NCBI GenBank assembly: GCA_030704615.1
Contig: CM060733.1
Span: 26,536,001-26,600,000 of the forward strand
Reading direction: 5' to 3'
DNA: 64,000 bases
Origin: Takakia lepidozioides
Taxonomy: Eukaryota; Plantae; Bryophyta
Below are positions 13,797-27,535 of this stretch, piece by piece. A model generated the notes under the pieces. The model saw only the letters and a program-made list of their open reading frames with translations, searched no databases and was not told the DNA's origin. Numbering within the stretch: position 1 is the stretch's first letter; each line of letters starts with the position of its first letter. The position numbers were made by a program, and so were the translations under genes.

Positions 13797-14040
13797 ACCT
13801 ACAGTCGGTAGCTCAGTTGGTTAGTGCACTGAGTGCCACTCAGATGATTCTGGGTCAAATCTTGCTACTTGACGGGTGTGGTGTGGTATACTCTTCTCCC
13901 CCTTCCCTGGGCAGTGTCCCATTTCTCATTTCTCAGCCTCCATGGCAGGGTTACTTGGAAAGAGGTTATTACCAAGGGGCCTGATCTGTGAGCTGTCGCC
14001 CCCAGGTGTTTCCCTTTCAAAAAATAAAAAAATAAAAAAA
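13797..14040 (+). mobile_element. tRNA-derived SINE, copy 1
   Basis: A-box TAGCTCAGTTGG (13809), degenerate B-box GGTCAAATC (about 13853) and A-rich tail. Colinear with the copy at about 47433-47675. Confidence 0.75.
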
Positions 14041-14559
14041 TCTGAAGGTCTCAGCATATTCCAAATTTAATTAATGAATTTGCATTGAGAGGATTGACCC
14101 AAGATCAGATGCAGACTGAGAGAGGTAAAAAGAGAATTTGCCATTGGAGGCCTAGCACATGCGAGGTTATGCCAAGGGCCAACCAAGGGGTTTAGGAAGA
14201 GTGTGACCCAACCAGTTTGGAACCCATGACCCAGTTCTCCGCATATGCAGCGGTGCTCTCAGGTGCAGTTCCCATGATGCTCAAGAAATAGTAAATTGAA
14301 ACTAACTGCTGCTGACTGTATTCAAGCAATCCTTCATGCGATGACTGCCATTCAAGGTGGAAATGTCTGAGGCTGTTCTCATATGGACGTACATGCCCCC
14401 TTACTGAAGTAGAATGCAAGAGGGGTGGAAGATGATCTGATTATACTCCGCAAATCCTTTTAGGAACTTACCCCTGAGAACCACAATGTTTAAAAACAGT
14501 CAATTGAAACTGCTGCTGGCTGCATTCAAACATTTCTTAATGCAGACAAGTGTCAACAG

Positions 14560-17500
14560 TCAGTCGTAGTTGTCGATGTGGACCGGTGTGATCTTGTCTG
14601 CTACTTGGAAACCTCCAACTACACGAGCAAAAAACATCATCTCTTGTTCCAAGGTGTTCCGGATGTTCTCTGCCTGCGACAATCAAGTAAGCATTGTGAG
14701 TCAGTGCCTAACCTATTTTCACTTAACAAGAAGCTGGCATTTTCTGACACTATGACAGTAACTAGGCCAAGGGCTACAGACTATAGACAGCATGCCTGGT
14801 TTGACAAGGCAGCCCCAAACTTGAAATGACATTAAAATAATGTGCACCCTCACTCAACTCCAGCATTGGCTACTGCCTACACAAAGGTATTGCTTGTCAA
14901 GCTAAACTCCATGTGTACTTAACTATTCATTGGTACTCCAGTATATAGACTACGCGGCCTTGTGGCCATTGGTCCTGTGGAAATTAACTCCCTCAAAACT
15001 CATTATGTAACTGCCATGCCATGCCTAAGTCACTCTTTATGCTAGCTGCTCTCGAACATGGATGGAAATGATTGGGTATCCAATGCCACAACCCCGTGGG
15101 AAAGAGAGAAGCAGATAGAGACCTTCAGAAAACCATGTTGTTCACCTTCATACTCAATAAGCACAACAGGCTTCCCCTTGGATTTTACAGCTTTGTAGAT
15201 CAAGCGTGCCTGGTTTGGAGGCACGACCTGCATATAGACTCCCAGTCAGTTTAAGTGCTCTTGCAATCCAGAGAGTTGCAGCTACAACAACTGGATGAGA
15301 CTCCTCATGCACATCGGCCAAGACATGCCCAATAGAATGGCTTGACAACTAATGGGTGTAGTCTCTACTTTGCAGTGGAGCCCAACAAAGACCCTGAATC
15401 AGGACTTGTTTTATGTAAAGGGAGAGGATGTACAACAGATACACAAATAACCTTCATGCTCTCTTTGGAAGAAAGGGCTTTCTTTTTGTAAAAGCGGAAA
15501 CGGCCAGAAGAGGGGTAGTACTTTATCTTCAAGTCCCTGAAAGAGAATGATTGGACAAGAAAGGTTGTTGAGAAAATTAATGGGTGATCGATTGTAGAGC
15601 TTTTTCTCCTTGTCTGTAGAACCTGGACAGCACACCAAAGTAGAAACATCGACAGGAATTAGAAGTAGATAAGGCAAGAGAAGGACAAGACTATTTATCC
15701 GCTTAAGTTTCATTCAAAAATGTCCACACTCCTATCTTGAAAGAGAAGTCTTGGTTGCATGAAGGCATACTGTCAAAAGTCTTGAGAAGGGCAGCAGCAC
15801 ACACCAATCAAGGATTCAATATAGTGTGACTCAAACTTGTGGGTCTCATCTGTAAATGCTGTTAAATCGCCAATCTGTCCAATTTCCAAATGCCCACGTG
15901 AAAAAATTAATGAGCCAAAAATTTAGTCATGATCTGGCTATCCCAAGGGTCCACAATATATATGGGATTGCAATGCTAGAACCTGCCCTTTGAACCCCAC
16001 CTCCGCAAAGGACACCAAATTATGAATTAAATTTTGACAGTTTGGTAGAAGAGAAACTTGGACACCACCACGGGCCAATCTTCATACACTGGTGTCAGTC
16101 AAAGACTGCCAACTAAAGGGTTGGATATAAGTAGCTTGCGTAAACACCCTGGACGTTTGAATTCAAGAGGGGATGCAAAATAGTAGTTGTGTCACATCTG
16201 TTAGAACAGCAAGCGGTTACAATCACAATTGTTGTGTGTCAAGAAAGCTACCCCATATACAGATGCACCGGCAGAGAAGGTGTCACTAAACACAAGGGCT
16301 GCCATAGTGGTGTAACCTCCTGCAGAGCGCCCATCTATACACAATCGTTTCCCATCAACCTCACCTGCATTCACCTGTAATGTCCATGCAATTTGTCATC
16401 AATGTTCACCTTGAGTTGGATATGAGGTGAAGGGATTGGACTTGAAGAGAAATACCCAAGCTTACTATATCATGTCTAGGAAGTCCAAAGGGCCTCTAGA
16501 TCTAAGGCTTTTCCCCTTCCAATTACCCCAAAGGAGGAAAGTTAAAAAAAGATTGACAGAGATAGAGGATGATGAGCTGCATCCTTGTCTGTCTGAGAGA
16601 ACCATAATAACAAGCATGTGCTCTGCTCTGTAAAACAGAAAAACATGTTGGTGTGCATGATGACTCAGCCCACTTTGGGCTAGCAACCCTGGTGAATTAG
16701 AAATGTAGTACTTACACAGCATGGCATACTGACTCTATAGCTCCATGGCCATCTCTACATTACTGACCTCAACAAAGATATTGAGAAAAAGATGGTGGTT
16801 GGTTTACCAGATACTCAGCACAGCTGCAACAGTCATTCACATCCACAATGCCCCATTGGCCATACAGCCTCTCTCGGAATGCCCTGCCATACCCTTCAAC
16901 AACAGTGTTCGGACTTAGAATAATTACGGTAAATGTGGAGAAATTACTGGGAAGGTGTGGTAAACATCTACAGAGATGACAAAGAATACCTGTGCTTCCT
17001 CCGTAATTCACATCAGCAAAAGCCCAACCTCGACTTGTCCAATACTGAATGGCAAGATCCAGTGTTGTCTTTGCTTCGGATGTTGGACCGCCTGAAACGT
17101 CCCCATTGGTGTATATGAGGCATGAGAAAGAGAAACAGATGAGTCGTCCATGTCCTCACAACCATTAAAGTCAAGGCATGCCAGTTGTTTAAAGGTCCAT
17201 ACTCCATACTTGGTAACGTGGGTACAGATTGACCTTTTAACATGACATTCTCCCCACCCCAATCTGTGTACACGAGGGATCAGGTCAAACTCTTCCCGCA
17301 TTATGTGTCTGGGAGGGCCAGGGTTTCCTGCCTCACAAAGAAAACTGGTGGAGCACCTCCGTCTTGCATTAACAATTCAACCTCACATAGCTAAATTCAA
17401 ACACGACTGTGACATACCATGGCTCCTTACAAGAAGTGGCGGTCTTTCTTCTTTCACCGGATTGAAGTCCTCATTGGATGGAGGATAGAAATTTGCAAAT

Positions 17501-20500
17501 GCCGTCTCCCCAGGGACTTTGGTCGGGAATTCAATAACCCTTGGAATGCTGAAGTAGGGCTTGTACTGAACAGTCTCAAGGCCAAGGGATGACCACACCA
17601 CGGAGACTTTACCCGCTGCATTTCCACCTTCAACCAAACTTACCTGCAATGAGGTCTCCTGGTTAGTATCAAGTAGAGTATTGAGTCAATCTAATGTCAC
17701 TACCAAGTGAAAATGACGGACGATGTGATAAAATAGCATGCACACGCAGACCTTGCACCCACTTAGGCATCCCTGAAATGGTAGAATGTACTCATAAGAT
17801 GCTGTTTGCCGTAGCCCTGAAATGGTAGAAAGAAAGAGAGAGAGAGATTCCATAACTTCCCACGAAGCTGAAGAGCTTAAGGGACCAGGAAAACAAGGAA
17901 CACACAAATCATTGCTTGAAGACAAACCCCCTCATGAAAGGACAGGTGGTGAGGCATTTTGTTCTTACTGAATAAAAAACAAAGAAGAGGAGAGTGATGC
18001 CAGATGAGATAGACACAATTTATCATGCCGGGATTCTCCATTACGAGGTTGGCACCTGGGTTTTCAATTAAAGCTGCGTATGCAGCATAATTCATTCCGT
18101 GGAGACTGGAAAGCCTCTTTGGCAACCAGTTCTAACCAGAAATTCCCCACAAGGTAGCCAGTTGACCCAGTGATTCCCCAGTTCTGAGTTGGTTATATTG
18201 GGTAACAACACCTCTCTAAATTTGAGCCAAAAACCACTACGCTAAACACTGATCCATCATCTACTTGTTGCTCCCCTTATCCAATGGTAAACACGCAGAA
18301 GAAAATACATGTTGTTTGGTCTTCGGTTCTGGCATGTTGCATACATGACAAATCCTATCCAGAAATTGACTCTCTCGGTGTCGAAAATTCTAGGCAACAT
18401 GATCTTGCAGTTAAGGCAGGTCCCAAAGTTAATCTAATCTCCAGAACCCGTCCAGTCTGGAATTGTCTAATGAAAAAACGTGCCGAGTTACCCCTAGTGT
18501 CCTCCACATCTTGCAACCGGATTTTGCTTTACGAGGGCCGATGAGGTCAACTGGAAGGGTGAGTGACGCAAGACCCCAGAATAAAGTTTCCTGACCAGTG
18601 AAGACAAAGTAAACTTCGCCAAAACAAGTACTCTCTAACTGACCATGTCTACAGAGTCTCATAGCAGGCGTTACATGGTCTCATAGGAAGGGTAACCCAA
18701 TGACAATGAGAGAGTCGTAAATTATGTTTCAGGAGCCTCCCCTGGATGTCCACCCATGTCATGCAAGGTCAATCCACTAGTCTTTGCAATTATCATCTTC
18801 TACCTCTCCTCAAAGTAGAAGAGGTCAAGGGCAACCACGTGAAGTTGACATACAATGTCATTTGCGACTGATTGGTCCCAACAAAGGGCACTCTGTCGAA
18901 GAATCTAAGAATCAAATAAGTCATTGAGAAACGGTGAGGTCATAGTCCCCAACATATGCTTGCTTCCCCACACCATTTCACTTCCTTCCAAATCTCCTCC
19001 TTTCCTCCTTATTATCAAGAAAATTGCATGATTTGTCAATAATGGTGGAGCCAGTAACAAGCCAAAGAGCTCGAGAATGAGATAATGAGCCAACCTTCAC
19101 TATTGAGAGGGTATCGACAGGAGACCCTGCAATGAGGTAGATGTGATCTCCTCTTGTTATCTGCCAACATGATGCCCTATTAGTGGGTCTTTCATTAATT
19201 AAAGCCTGAGTTCCAGTAGCCTTCAAAAGGATGTCACTTAAAAACACTATTATCAAGCAAAGAGTTGCTAACAGGGGTCAAAAGGACGCTCAACAGTCTT
19301 ATGTCATTCATTCGAAAATAGTCATCTCTGAAATGGTGCACCAGCAATGCACGCGATTCTTTTAAAAGCATAAAGAGAATGCCACACAATGGATAGCCTC
19401 CTCACAGGCCACGTTCAACTCAAGGACTATCTGAAACTAATTACTAAATGCACACCTGCACACATTTTCCATTCTGAAGTAGGATCACTTTACAAGAGGA
19501 ACTTCTATATTTTCTTGTTTGATAGGCAAAGCACTTACCAAACAATAGATGTCGGTAAACCTTGTCACAATCGGTGAAAAGGACATTGATGACAGCTCTA
19601 ATATTGCCAAATGAGAAACACCACGTTGCCTGAAAGAAAAGGTCCACTGAGCTGAATTAACATCATTGAGTACCGTTAAACCTGTAATGATGAAATAGGA
19701 TAAACTTTCGAGACGCACTCACAGTCCATGACGGACAGCAGTAGCCTCAATGACGGACATCAGTAGCCCCTTTTGGGGTGAAGAGACACCATAATTTACA
19801 CTTGCTTTAGCAGGAGTCCACCTTCTTCCTTTCCTTAGTCAACAGGAATGTGTCCAGACAGGGATGCAGACCAAGTAAGGGTACAGGGTCACAGCAAAAC
19901 ACTGTGAGCTGCAAAATGTGGCCAGGGGTGGCAACCTCAGTGTATTCTTCCGCTGAAGACTGTCCCCGCACTCTCTGAGTGTTACCTAGTGACCTGGTCA
20001 GACCTGGTCAGTTAGAAGTGCTTCCTGGAGAGGTTTCAGTGGATACCAGATTTGCGGTAGTTTTAATAGAAACTGTACAAGGTTAATGAGTGCAAGGGCT
20101 GCACGTCTCGAACGTGCAACTGGAACTCACCTTGCAGTGGCAGGAATGTTTCTGAATCCCTACATCATAATTCGTCTTTCAGTAAGTAGCAAGTGTCTCA
20201 TGTGTGCTCTGTTTGTATGTTCTAGTAATCTGGTGATAGTCTCTTCATTTCAAGCAGGTCAGCTTTATTCCTGATAGGGTACTTCACCTATCATGTGAAA
20301 CGGCTGTCGGTTATTAGAGGATTTGAGGTGAATGGCTACTTGATTAGTTTCCTTGCAGTTTCTTGCTTAGTGTAAAGCAGTGCACACCTGAGACTCTTTG
20401 GCAACCTGGTGTTATCACTGTTAACTCACTAAGGTATGGTGTAACGAAGGGTTTGGTTGGTGATCCTTATCCTGTTCTTGCACAAGTTCGAACAACTAAG

Positions 20501-23500
20501 TGCTGATGGAAAGCCGCCAATAAATTTTAAGTGGAAAGCTAGCTGTGTGGAAAGAGAAAGAGAGAGTGCGTTGGAAGACGGAAATGACAATTTACCTGTA
20601 AGTGCAAACAATACAAGTGCCTGAATAAGATGCATTGGCTTGGGAGAAGGCAAAAGATGAGTTTCCAAACACCCAAGCAGGCCTAGTGAATTCAGCCTCC
20701 AGTGGATAAAGTGCTCGCACCTTCTTCCCCTCACCACCCTACCAATCAACTTAAGGCCCTTCAGCAAAAGAGTGTCAGAGTTTTTTAGTGTTTGAACAAT
20801 ATTGTGAAGGGAACGTTGCTATTGACCAGGCTTTGATGGAGCTGCTGGAGACAGGCTGCCTAATCAAGCAACTTGAACATACAGATGCTGAAACCTGTAG
20901 CACCACTGCTTTTCTTACTCTCTCATAAAAATTGCTGATTGGTGTCGATGGCTCTAGAAGCGGCACAAAAGTTGCAAGATGAATGTACACAGGTAAATAT
21001 AAGAACTTGTATAGCCATTATGAAGATGCCCGCAAATGTAGATCTTACAAAAAGGAAGGGAGGAGAGAAGCACTCACCCAGACATGAAGATTCCAGAATC
21101 CACTTCCCCTGTCTGAGACAAACACAAGCTCACCTGCACCAATGTTTACATTGGACAATTCAACACAATTGGACATATCTCCAAGCGTATGGAACGGAAA
21201 GAAAGAAAGAAAGCAAGTACATAACTCCCTGATACATTGCAATATGTTGATTATAACGTTGTGACCTTAAAACCAGAACCAAAGAAACCTGTCTGCACCA
21301 ATGTAGTAAACACACCTTGGGGGGACCACCTTGGCTCTGTAGGGGCCTCTACAATCTCTTCGTCTCCACCAGCAACACAGACAGGGCATATTATCTCCCT
21401 GTGGAAAACGTTAGAAACCTCAACTTGGCTGAGAACTTCAAGAGGTACATAATCTGTCTCTAAGGATTTTGAGTGGCAAGTTGAAGCCCTAATCAAACCA
21501 TGCATATAGTTGAGAAATCTCTGTGTCACCCCATTATCATTTGTTTGCAAATGAAACAAAATTGCATGCAATTCTAAGCGCCACAAGATTAAAAAGTGCA
21601 GGGTTGCTCAGGTAGTTAGAAGCTAAGGATCCAAGGAAACAGGTTGGACTTACCCCTCGTCCGAGACTTGGCCAACCCAAAGTGAGGCCCGATCCCATGG
21701 CATATTCGGGTGGGACCACTCAACCCAAGCAAGCTTATGGCCATCAGGGCTTAGCCTGGGGAACATGTAAAAATCCTTGCCCCTCACCAGCACCTTTGGT
21801 TCTGCTCTAACGGCAGAGAACACAGAAACAAACACACATCATTTGTACATACAGTCTGCTGGGCAAGCGATTTATGAGAGTAAATTTCAAGACTCGAGCA
21901 TAGGTCAGTTTGATAATGGCACCTCTGTTAGGATCCCCATCAAGCTCCACAGCAACGATTTCATTCACTGACTCCTTATCTGCCTGCCGATTATCTGCAC
22001 ACCTTAACCAACCATTATACAATCACACTCAATGACCACATAGGCAGTCATGTGAAGAAGAAGTGACTGGGTGAGTAGCAGCCACCCCCCCCACACCTCC
22101 TTCCTGTTTTAACACATCCTCATTGTGAGCAACAAGATGACGTAGCTTCCTATCCAGTCTGCAAACTTGCATCCATCATAAGTGGGTTTGAGATGGGCAC
22201 CTTCCCGCACTGTGATAAAACGAGCAAATTGCAAGTCAAACTCGCTATCTGCATATCTTACTGTTTGCCCCTTGTAGGCTGGGGTCAATACCACTGGGGC
22301 ATGATCTGCCATCACCCATACCCAGCTAGTAAGCTTGAGATAGAAAACCAACATACAACTCTTGCTCTCTCTCCTCTCTCAAAACTCTCTCTCTACTCTC
22401 TAATTTTACCAGCAGCAGTGCAACCATAGGCACAGCCGCATTCATCGCATTCGTTTCCAGCTAGAGGACCATAGCAGGAGTGCTGGAATGAGTCAAGTAT
22501 GGGAGGGATGTCTGTGCATACACCAAACAATTGTTGCCATTGGCTAGGAATGAGCATTATGGCAATTCCAAGTTGAATCTCATATACCTCGGGAGGCAAT
22601 CACTAATGACTCCGGAAGGGTTATTGTGCTATGATGACTATACCCTCAAGGATACATCATAGAATACATTAGCAAGCAAGAGAATCATCTCTGTCTCTCT
22701 CTATCTGTCTCTTTCTTTCAAGTCTGTTGCCCCTGCGCACAGCCAAGAGTGACAGGCGCAAGCTTTCGGTGCCATGCACATCCCCAAGCACGTCATCTCT
22801 ATGGTAAACGGACAATTATAAACTAAAATTAATAACACTGCAACCAGGCTGTCAACTTTGAATGTGGACAAGTGCCTCAGTGAGCGCCTTCACGGCAGTT
22901 GCGGGAAAAAAAGTTCTTTACCTGCAGCTGAGCTGCGGGGATAAGCTAAACCCTGGTGGGTGCCCCGGGGGGGTTAGTTTCCTGTGGGGGTCAATGGCTG
23001 TAAGGCTATGGCAAGCCAACGGGGAACGGCATGAGTACATTCTTTTAAGTGTTCTGCTTTTACTTTGTTCTCTTTAGAAAGACTCCGCCAGAGTGGAAGG
23101 AGTTGTCAGAAAAATGCTAAAACCATCACCCTTTATTGCAGCTCTAATGTTATCCAACTCTCAACTGACTTCCCAAGCATCTCAAGATTCTAGCTCTATG
23201 CCGTACCGCCATTCAGAGTTTGCTTATAGAGCCGCTGGTCTGCATAATTGGAGAAAATGACAGTGTCTCCCATCACTTTGAAGGATCCTCCTCCGTACTC
23301 ATGTACAACTGTGCGCACATTGAAGCCAACTGGAGTGATGTCCTCTGGAAGACAGTCTGCTTCTGGCCCTTCTCTCACCAATACCCGGCGCCTGTCAACA
23401 CCAAAATGTATGGGTTGAAACGCAGTTACCACACAACTACAATCTCTTGGCCACTAGCACTTGTGGCTGACAGGGCAACCAAACCCACATGTGTGAAGCT

Positions 23501-24437
23501 AGAAGGCTACAATAAGTAGCAGTGCTGAAATAAGAACTGAACGCTTTCTAGTATACATACTACCTAGCCTTAAATCAACCAAACATTGTGCCAATTTCGA
23601 GTGAGTCTATGGGGAAAGTCCATCGGTTCACCCTCTCTCCCAAAATGGCATAGCTAAAGGTTTGAGGGCAGTTTGATGGAACAGTACAACTATCTTCGAA
23701 ACCTCAAATGAACGGCAAACCAGACCATACGAGTAGCCCAAAACGACAAAACACAAAGATCCACTCACCCAGATTCAGATGGGCGACCTTCAAGCCATAT
23801 CAAGCGACCTTCGGAATCGACATCTATCCCACCCAGTGATTTCGATGCTCCAGACACAAAATCTGCTGTCAATGGCGACGTCCATGCTCCGTAGGGCACC
23901 TCTCTCCTTGTCCTCTCCATCTCGACAGCCGGTGAAGATGCCAGCCCTGCATTGGGCATACGAATTGAAAGCTCGTAGAAGCCCCATAAGAGATCATTGA
24001 GAGCCAACTAAAAACAGGAAAAACTTAAGAACCCACACAAGAATTCAAGAGGATCCAAAAGAGTTGTTCGAAATGATATGCTCAAGTTTACTCGCGCGAT
24101 ATACCTCTGTACTCCGTACCTGGGAGAAGAACTAGTTATTCAAAGCAGAAAGCAAGGTACCTCCTCCGGCTGTGGCCACACAACTGGAACTTGGTCGCCG
24201 CGGTAATTCAAATCGTGCGGCCTTTGGATGTGCACCAATGCGAGTTGTGAGGGAGATGAACCCGCGCAAGGAGGTGGGTAGTCGGAGAAAGTGCGAAGAA
24301 TGTAAGGAGTGCGAAGTGAGGGCGAGCAGGCGCAGCGACGATGTGGCGCACACGGCCTGCTGAGGCATGGTCGACGACAGCGCCACTGTTACTGACTTAC
24401 TTGCGCTACACAAACCCGCACTGGCTCCTTGAAGCAT
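14560..24437 (-). CDS. Peptidase S9 (prolyl oligopeptidase / acylaminoacyl-peptidase-like) alpha/beta hydrolase with putative N-terminal transit peptide
   Basis: Multi-exon gene. Motifs: [58 protein letters not shown], nucleophile DGRSAGGYT (about 16310-16335), QGLEDKVV (Asp), EGEQHGF (His). Last exon [37 protein letters not shown] has its stop at 14560. Exon 1 (24437-24161) joins exon 2 (from 23946) in frame. Confidence 0.93.
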
Positions 24438-24835
24438 GCGGTGTGCAGTGTGTCATATACATGACATATAAGGGGCAGGAGCCGCTGGGCCAAGTGGCTC
24501 TTAGTTACGCGGGCTTCCGCCAGAGTCTTCTCTCTACGACATATAGGTACTTTTCTGGTGTGGACACAAGGAAATGAAATTTACTGAATATATATAGGTG
24601 AGGACTACGCTGACCCAACGAGATTAGGGCAAGTGTGAGGTGGTGGGCCCTCCGGAGGCGAGTCCGGACATACTGCAAGTCAAATCTCATCCCGCATTAG
24701 GAAGGTGGGGAGGGCTTGCTCCACACCTCCTGTTGCTCCACATCTTCAGGACCATGTTCCCGAACATTCTCCCAATTTTGCTCCCATGTTCCCTCCCCCA
24801 TCCTTGCTCACACTAGTGGGACAAGGAGCGAGGAG

Positions 24836-25118
24836 CGGTGTATTTTATTTCACTTTTCCAAAAGCGCCACAAAGGCTACATGTAAATTCTATCCCGTGCC
24901 CATGTGGCGAGAACAACGAGGTGGCAGGCTTAGAAAGTGGCTATATAACAGGTGTCACATTTTAACAGGTCCATGTAGGAAAATTTTGGCTCTTGATATT
25001 TAACCATTGGCGCTTCCTGGCGAATTTTTTTATTTTTACTCCTAAAATTCCTTTATAAAAGTAGCCGACACTTTTTCCAGGTCAAAATTTGGCATTTTTC
25101 CAAAAACAAAAAACACTG
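24836..25118. mobile_element. hAT-type MITE, copy 2
   Basis: Termini CGGTGTATTTT ... AAAAAACACTG. Perfect 8-bp TSD GCGAGGAG (24828-24835 and 25119-25126). Shares AATTCCTTT...AAGTAGC..AC...TTTCCAGGTCAAAAT.TGG with copy 1. Confidence 0.88.
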
Positions 25119-25129
25119 GCGAGGAGAGG

Positions 25130-25863
25130 AGTGAGGACCCGGATCCTACCGGAACATGCCAATGGGAATCGGCGCAGAACCGAACTGGCCGTTCGTGCTG
25201 GGTGAGAGAACCGGAGAACCTGTGCACATAGGTATTAAAACAGGTTCTGGTTTTTGAACCCTTGGTGGGCTTGGCATAACCTGGGAGAGCCGGTGGCCCC
25301 ATGGCAAGACTTCTTTAATGCTCTCAAGCTCCATGAGATCCTGGGTTCAATGCTTGAAGGCCATGAAATTTCTATGTTTAATGCTTCAGCGCCATGAGAT
25401 CTTGGGTTCAATCTCCAGCTCCATGATATCATGGCTAAGTTCATTAATCAAAATGTTAGAAGATGCCAATACTTGCCACATAGCTGAATAGTAATTTGAA
25501 CCCATAAGATTTTACCCATTTTCTTCTTCCAATTTATTTAGAGTATTTTTAATTTTTTAATTTTTTTTGTGTTATTGAAAAATAATAAAATCATTCAAGT
25601 ATGTACACTGCTATTTAATTCGGACTGATAAAATATTTTAAATCTAATTAAATTAAAAAAAAAACATTTTAAAAATAGAACCGGAGCCTAATCGGAACCG
25701 GTGGTTTTTATCAGCAACTAACCGGTAACCGGAACCGCCCCCATATTTAAAAGTTGGATCCGGAACCGGCTCAATTTTAAAAAAAAACCGGAACCGTCTC
25801 TTGAAATAATTGTGGAACCGGAACCAAAGGTTCTTTCACAAATGCAAGAACCGCCCGACACTG
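25130..25863. mobile_element. Probable non-autonomous DNA transposon end with (G)GAACCG subterminal repeats
   Basis: Many GAACCG(G) motifs at 25140-25260 and 25675-25855 flank an AT-rich core. It ends in ...CCCGACACTG, a hAT-like terminus; no matching left terminus was found. Confidence 0.5.
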
Positions 25864-27129
25864 GTACTGGTATGCAATGTATGGCTGTTTTTTACCTAAA
25901 AATGTGGAGTGATTCTCTTAAGGAGGATCCCACATGGAGAGCCTAGGCAACAATCGCTTCTCGTGTTCATGAATCAGGTTTTGCCAAGATTGTGGTGATG
26001 ATCGAGGTCTTCCCTGATTTTGTTTGCCCATTGATTAGGAAAGACATGTCTTTTCAGTAAAATTGTCAGAAGACACCTCATCTACTGCCTGTCACTTATG
26101 TGGACAATAAGGTAGAACTAGAGTTCGTAAGGCTAAGAGGAAATGCGCTTCTCCAATGAAGAAGGGGCATCTGAGCCCCCCACGTCCCCCACATTGATAT
26201 TTCATCTCCAATCCAAGACTATCTCCCAAATATGCTGCACAACACCATCATCCCCACTAACCCAGTACACACAGAATGACCCCATGATTTTGGAGGTAGC
26301 CTCCTCTAGACTGGATACCAACGGCAGCAAGGGAAAGAGGCCACATCTGCATCACAATGTAATCTCGGCAAGAAAACTGCAAAGCTGTAGGATCTATCTC
26401 CGAAGAAGATGGATTCTCTTCTGCTCTCTAGCCTGCCTTCTACTATCGTCCACAATCCAATCATGATTGCCAAGATTTGTGCCAGGCTCTGCACATTTCC
26501 TTCGCTGGTTCTTAGAGGTTGCTCCCAACTTCAATCCAAGTGATCTGACCCCAAAACCACTTGCGTCACGCCATTGATTTTTTCGAAGACTTTTCCTTCC
26601 CTTCTGATCATCACTGCACATAATAGGGTCAACATGGAGTCCTTATGGATTACAACACATGACATTCATGCATTTTAAATAATGCCAAATGCCCCATGGA
26701 TAGCAGCCCAGTACCAACTTTGCGCACTAAGATTCAAGCTGGTTTTCTGCAATCCAACCTACATCACTATTCAGTTACTTGGGGGCCCTACATTGAGGAA
26801 TTCCGAAGCCTCAGTACTAGCCTCAGCCCTTCCACCCATATTCTGGCTCTTCTGGATGAAAAAATGTTGTTGCATTCTAAACCTTTGCCTCTTGGAGTAT
26901 GGATTCTGCCAACCCACTTCAACCAATCCTTCACCACCAACAGGCTCCTGGCCAGAACAAGTTGGGGCACTATTTACAACGGATTTACCCATTGAGCAAA
27001 ACAAGTTACTGAAACGGCAACGTCTCAATGAACCAACCAATCCAACCTACACCAACAAAAAAGGTTCTTTTTCATCCTCAAGCTCTTAGAAGACGTAGGA
27101 TTCTCAGCCCCTAACGCAATGGGCCCCTT

Positions 27130-27535
27130 TGCTCTCCCAGCTTGAGGTGCTATCCTCTCGGCCCGAAATCCCTCCCCACCACATTGCACCAACTTTGACG
27201 GGATCAGGCTTTACACTTCAAGTAAGCATTTACCCACCTATCCCCTTCATCATTTTCTCTATCATTTGCCAAACCTCTCTCAAAAAAGTTAAACTGAGAG
27301 CTTGGTTGGCCCCCCTTATTACGTTAGAGGCTGTCGTCTTCCTCCAAGAGCATAAGCTCTGCACAAGCAAAATCAGGACCCTCTCTGACCAGCTATGGCC
27401 GAATTCGGCGGCCCTGTGGAAACCATCTTCCCAAGGTGCAAATGCCAGTGGTATTTGCATGCTCTTCTTTCCCAGCTCCCTCAAACAATTCATGCAGGTT
27501 AAATATGAAGTGTGGGAACCAGGTAGGGCATGCCT
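27130..27535 (+). mobile_element. LINE (L1-like) ORF2 AP-endonuclease N-terminal remnant
   Basis: VVFLQEHKL and A.SGICML motifs typical of the APE domain start. Truncated at the gypsy gag. Confidence 0.5.

Noticed and set aside
13805-13870. tRNA gene
   Set aside because: No complete cloverleaf; it is the head of a SINE.
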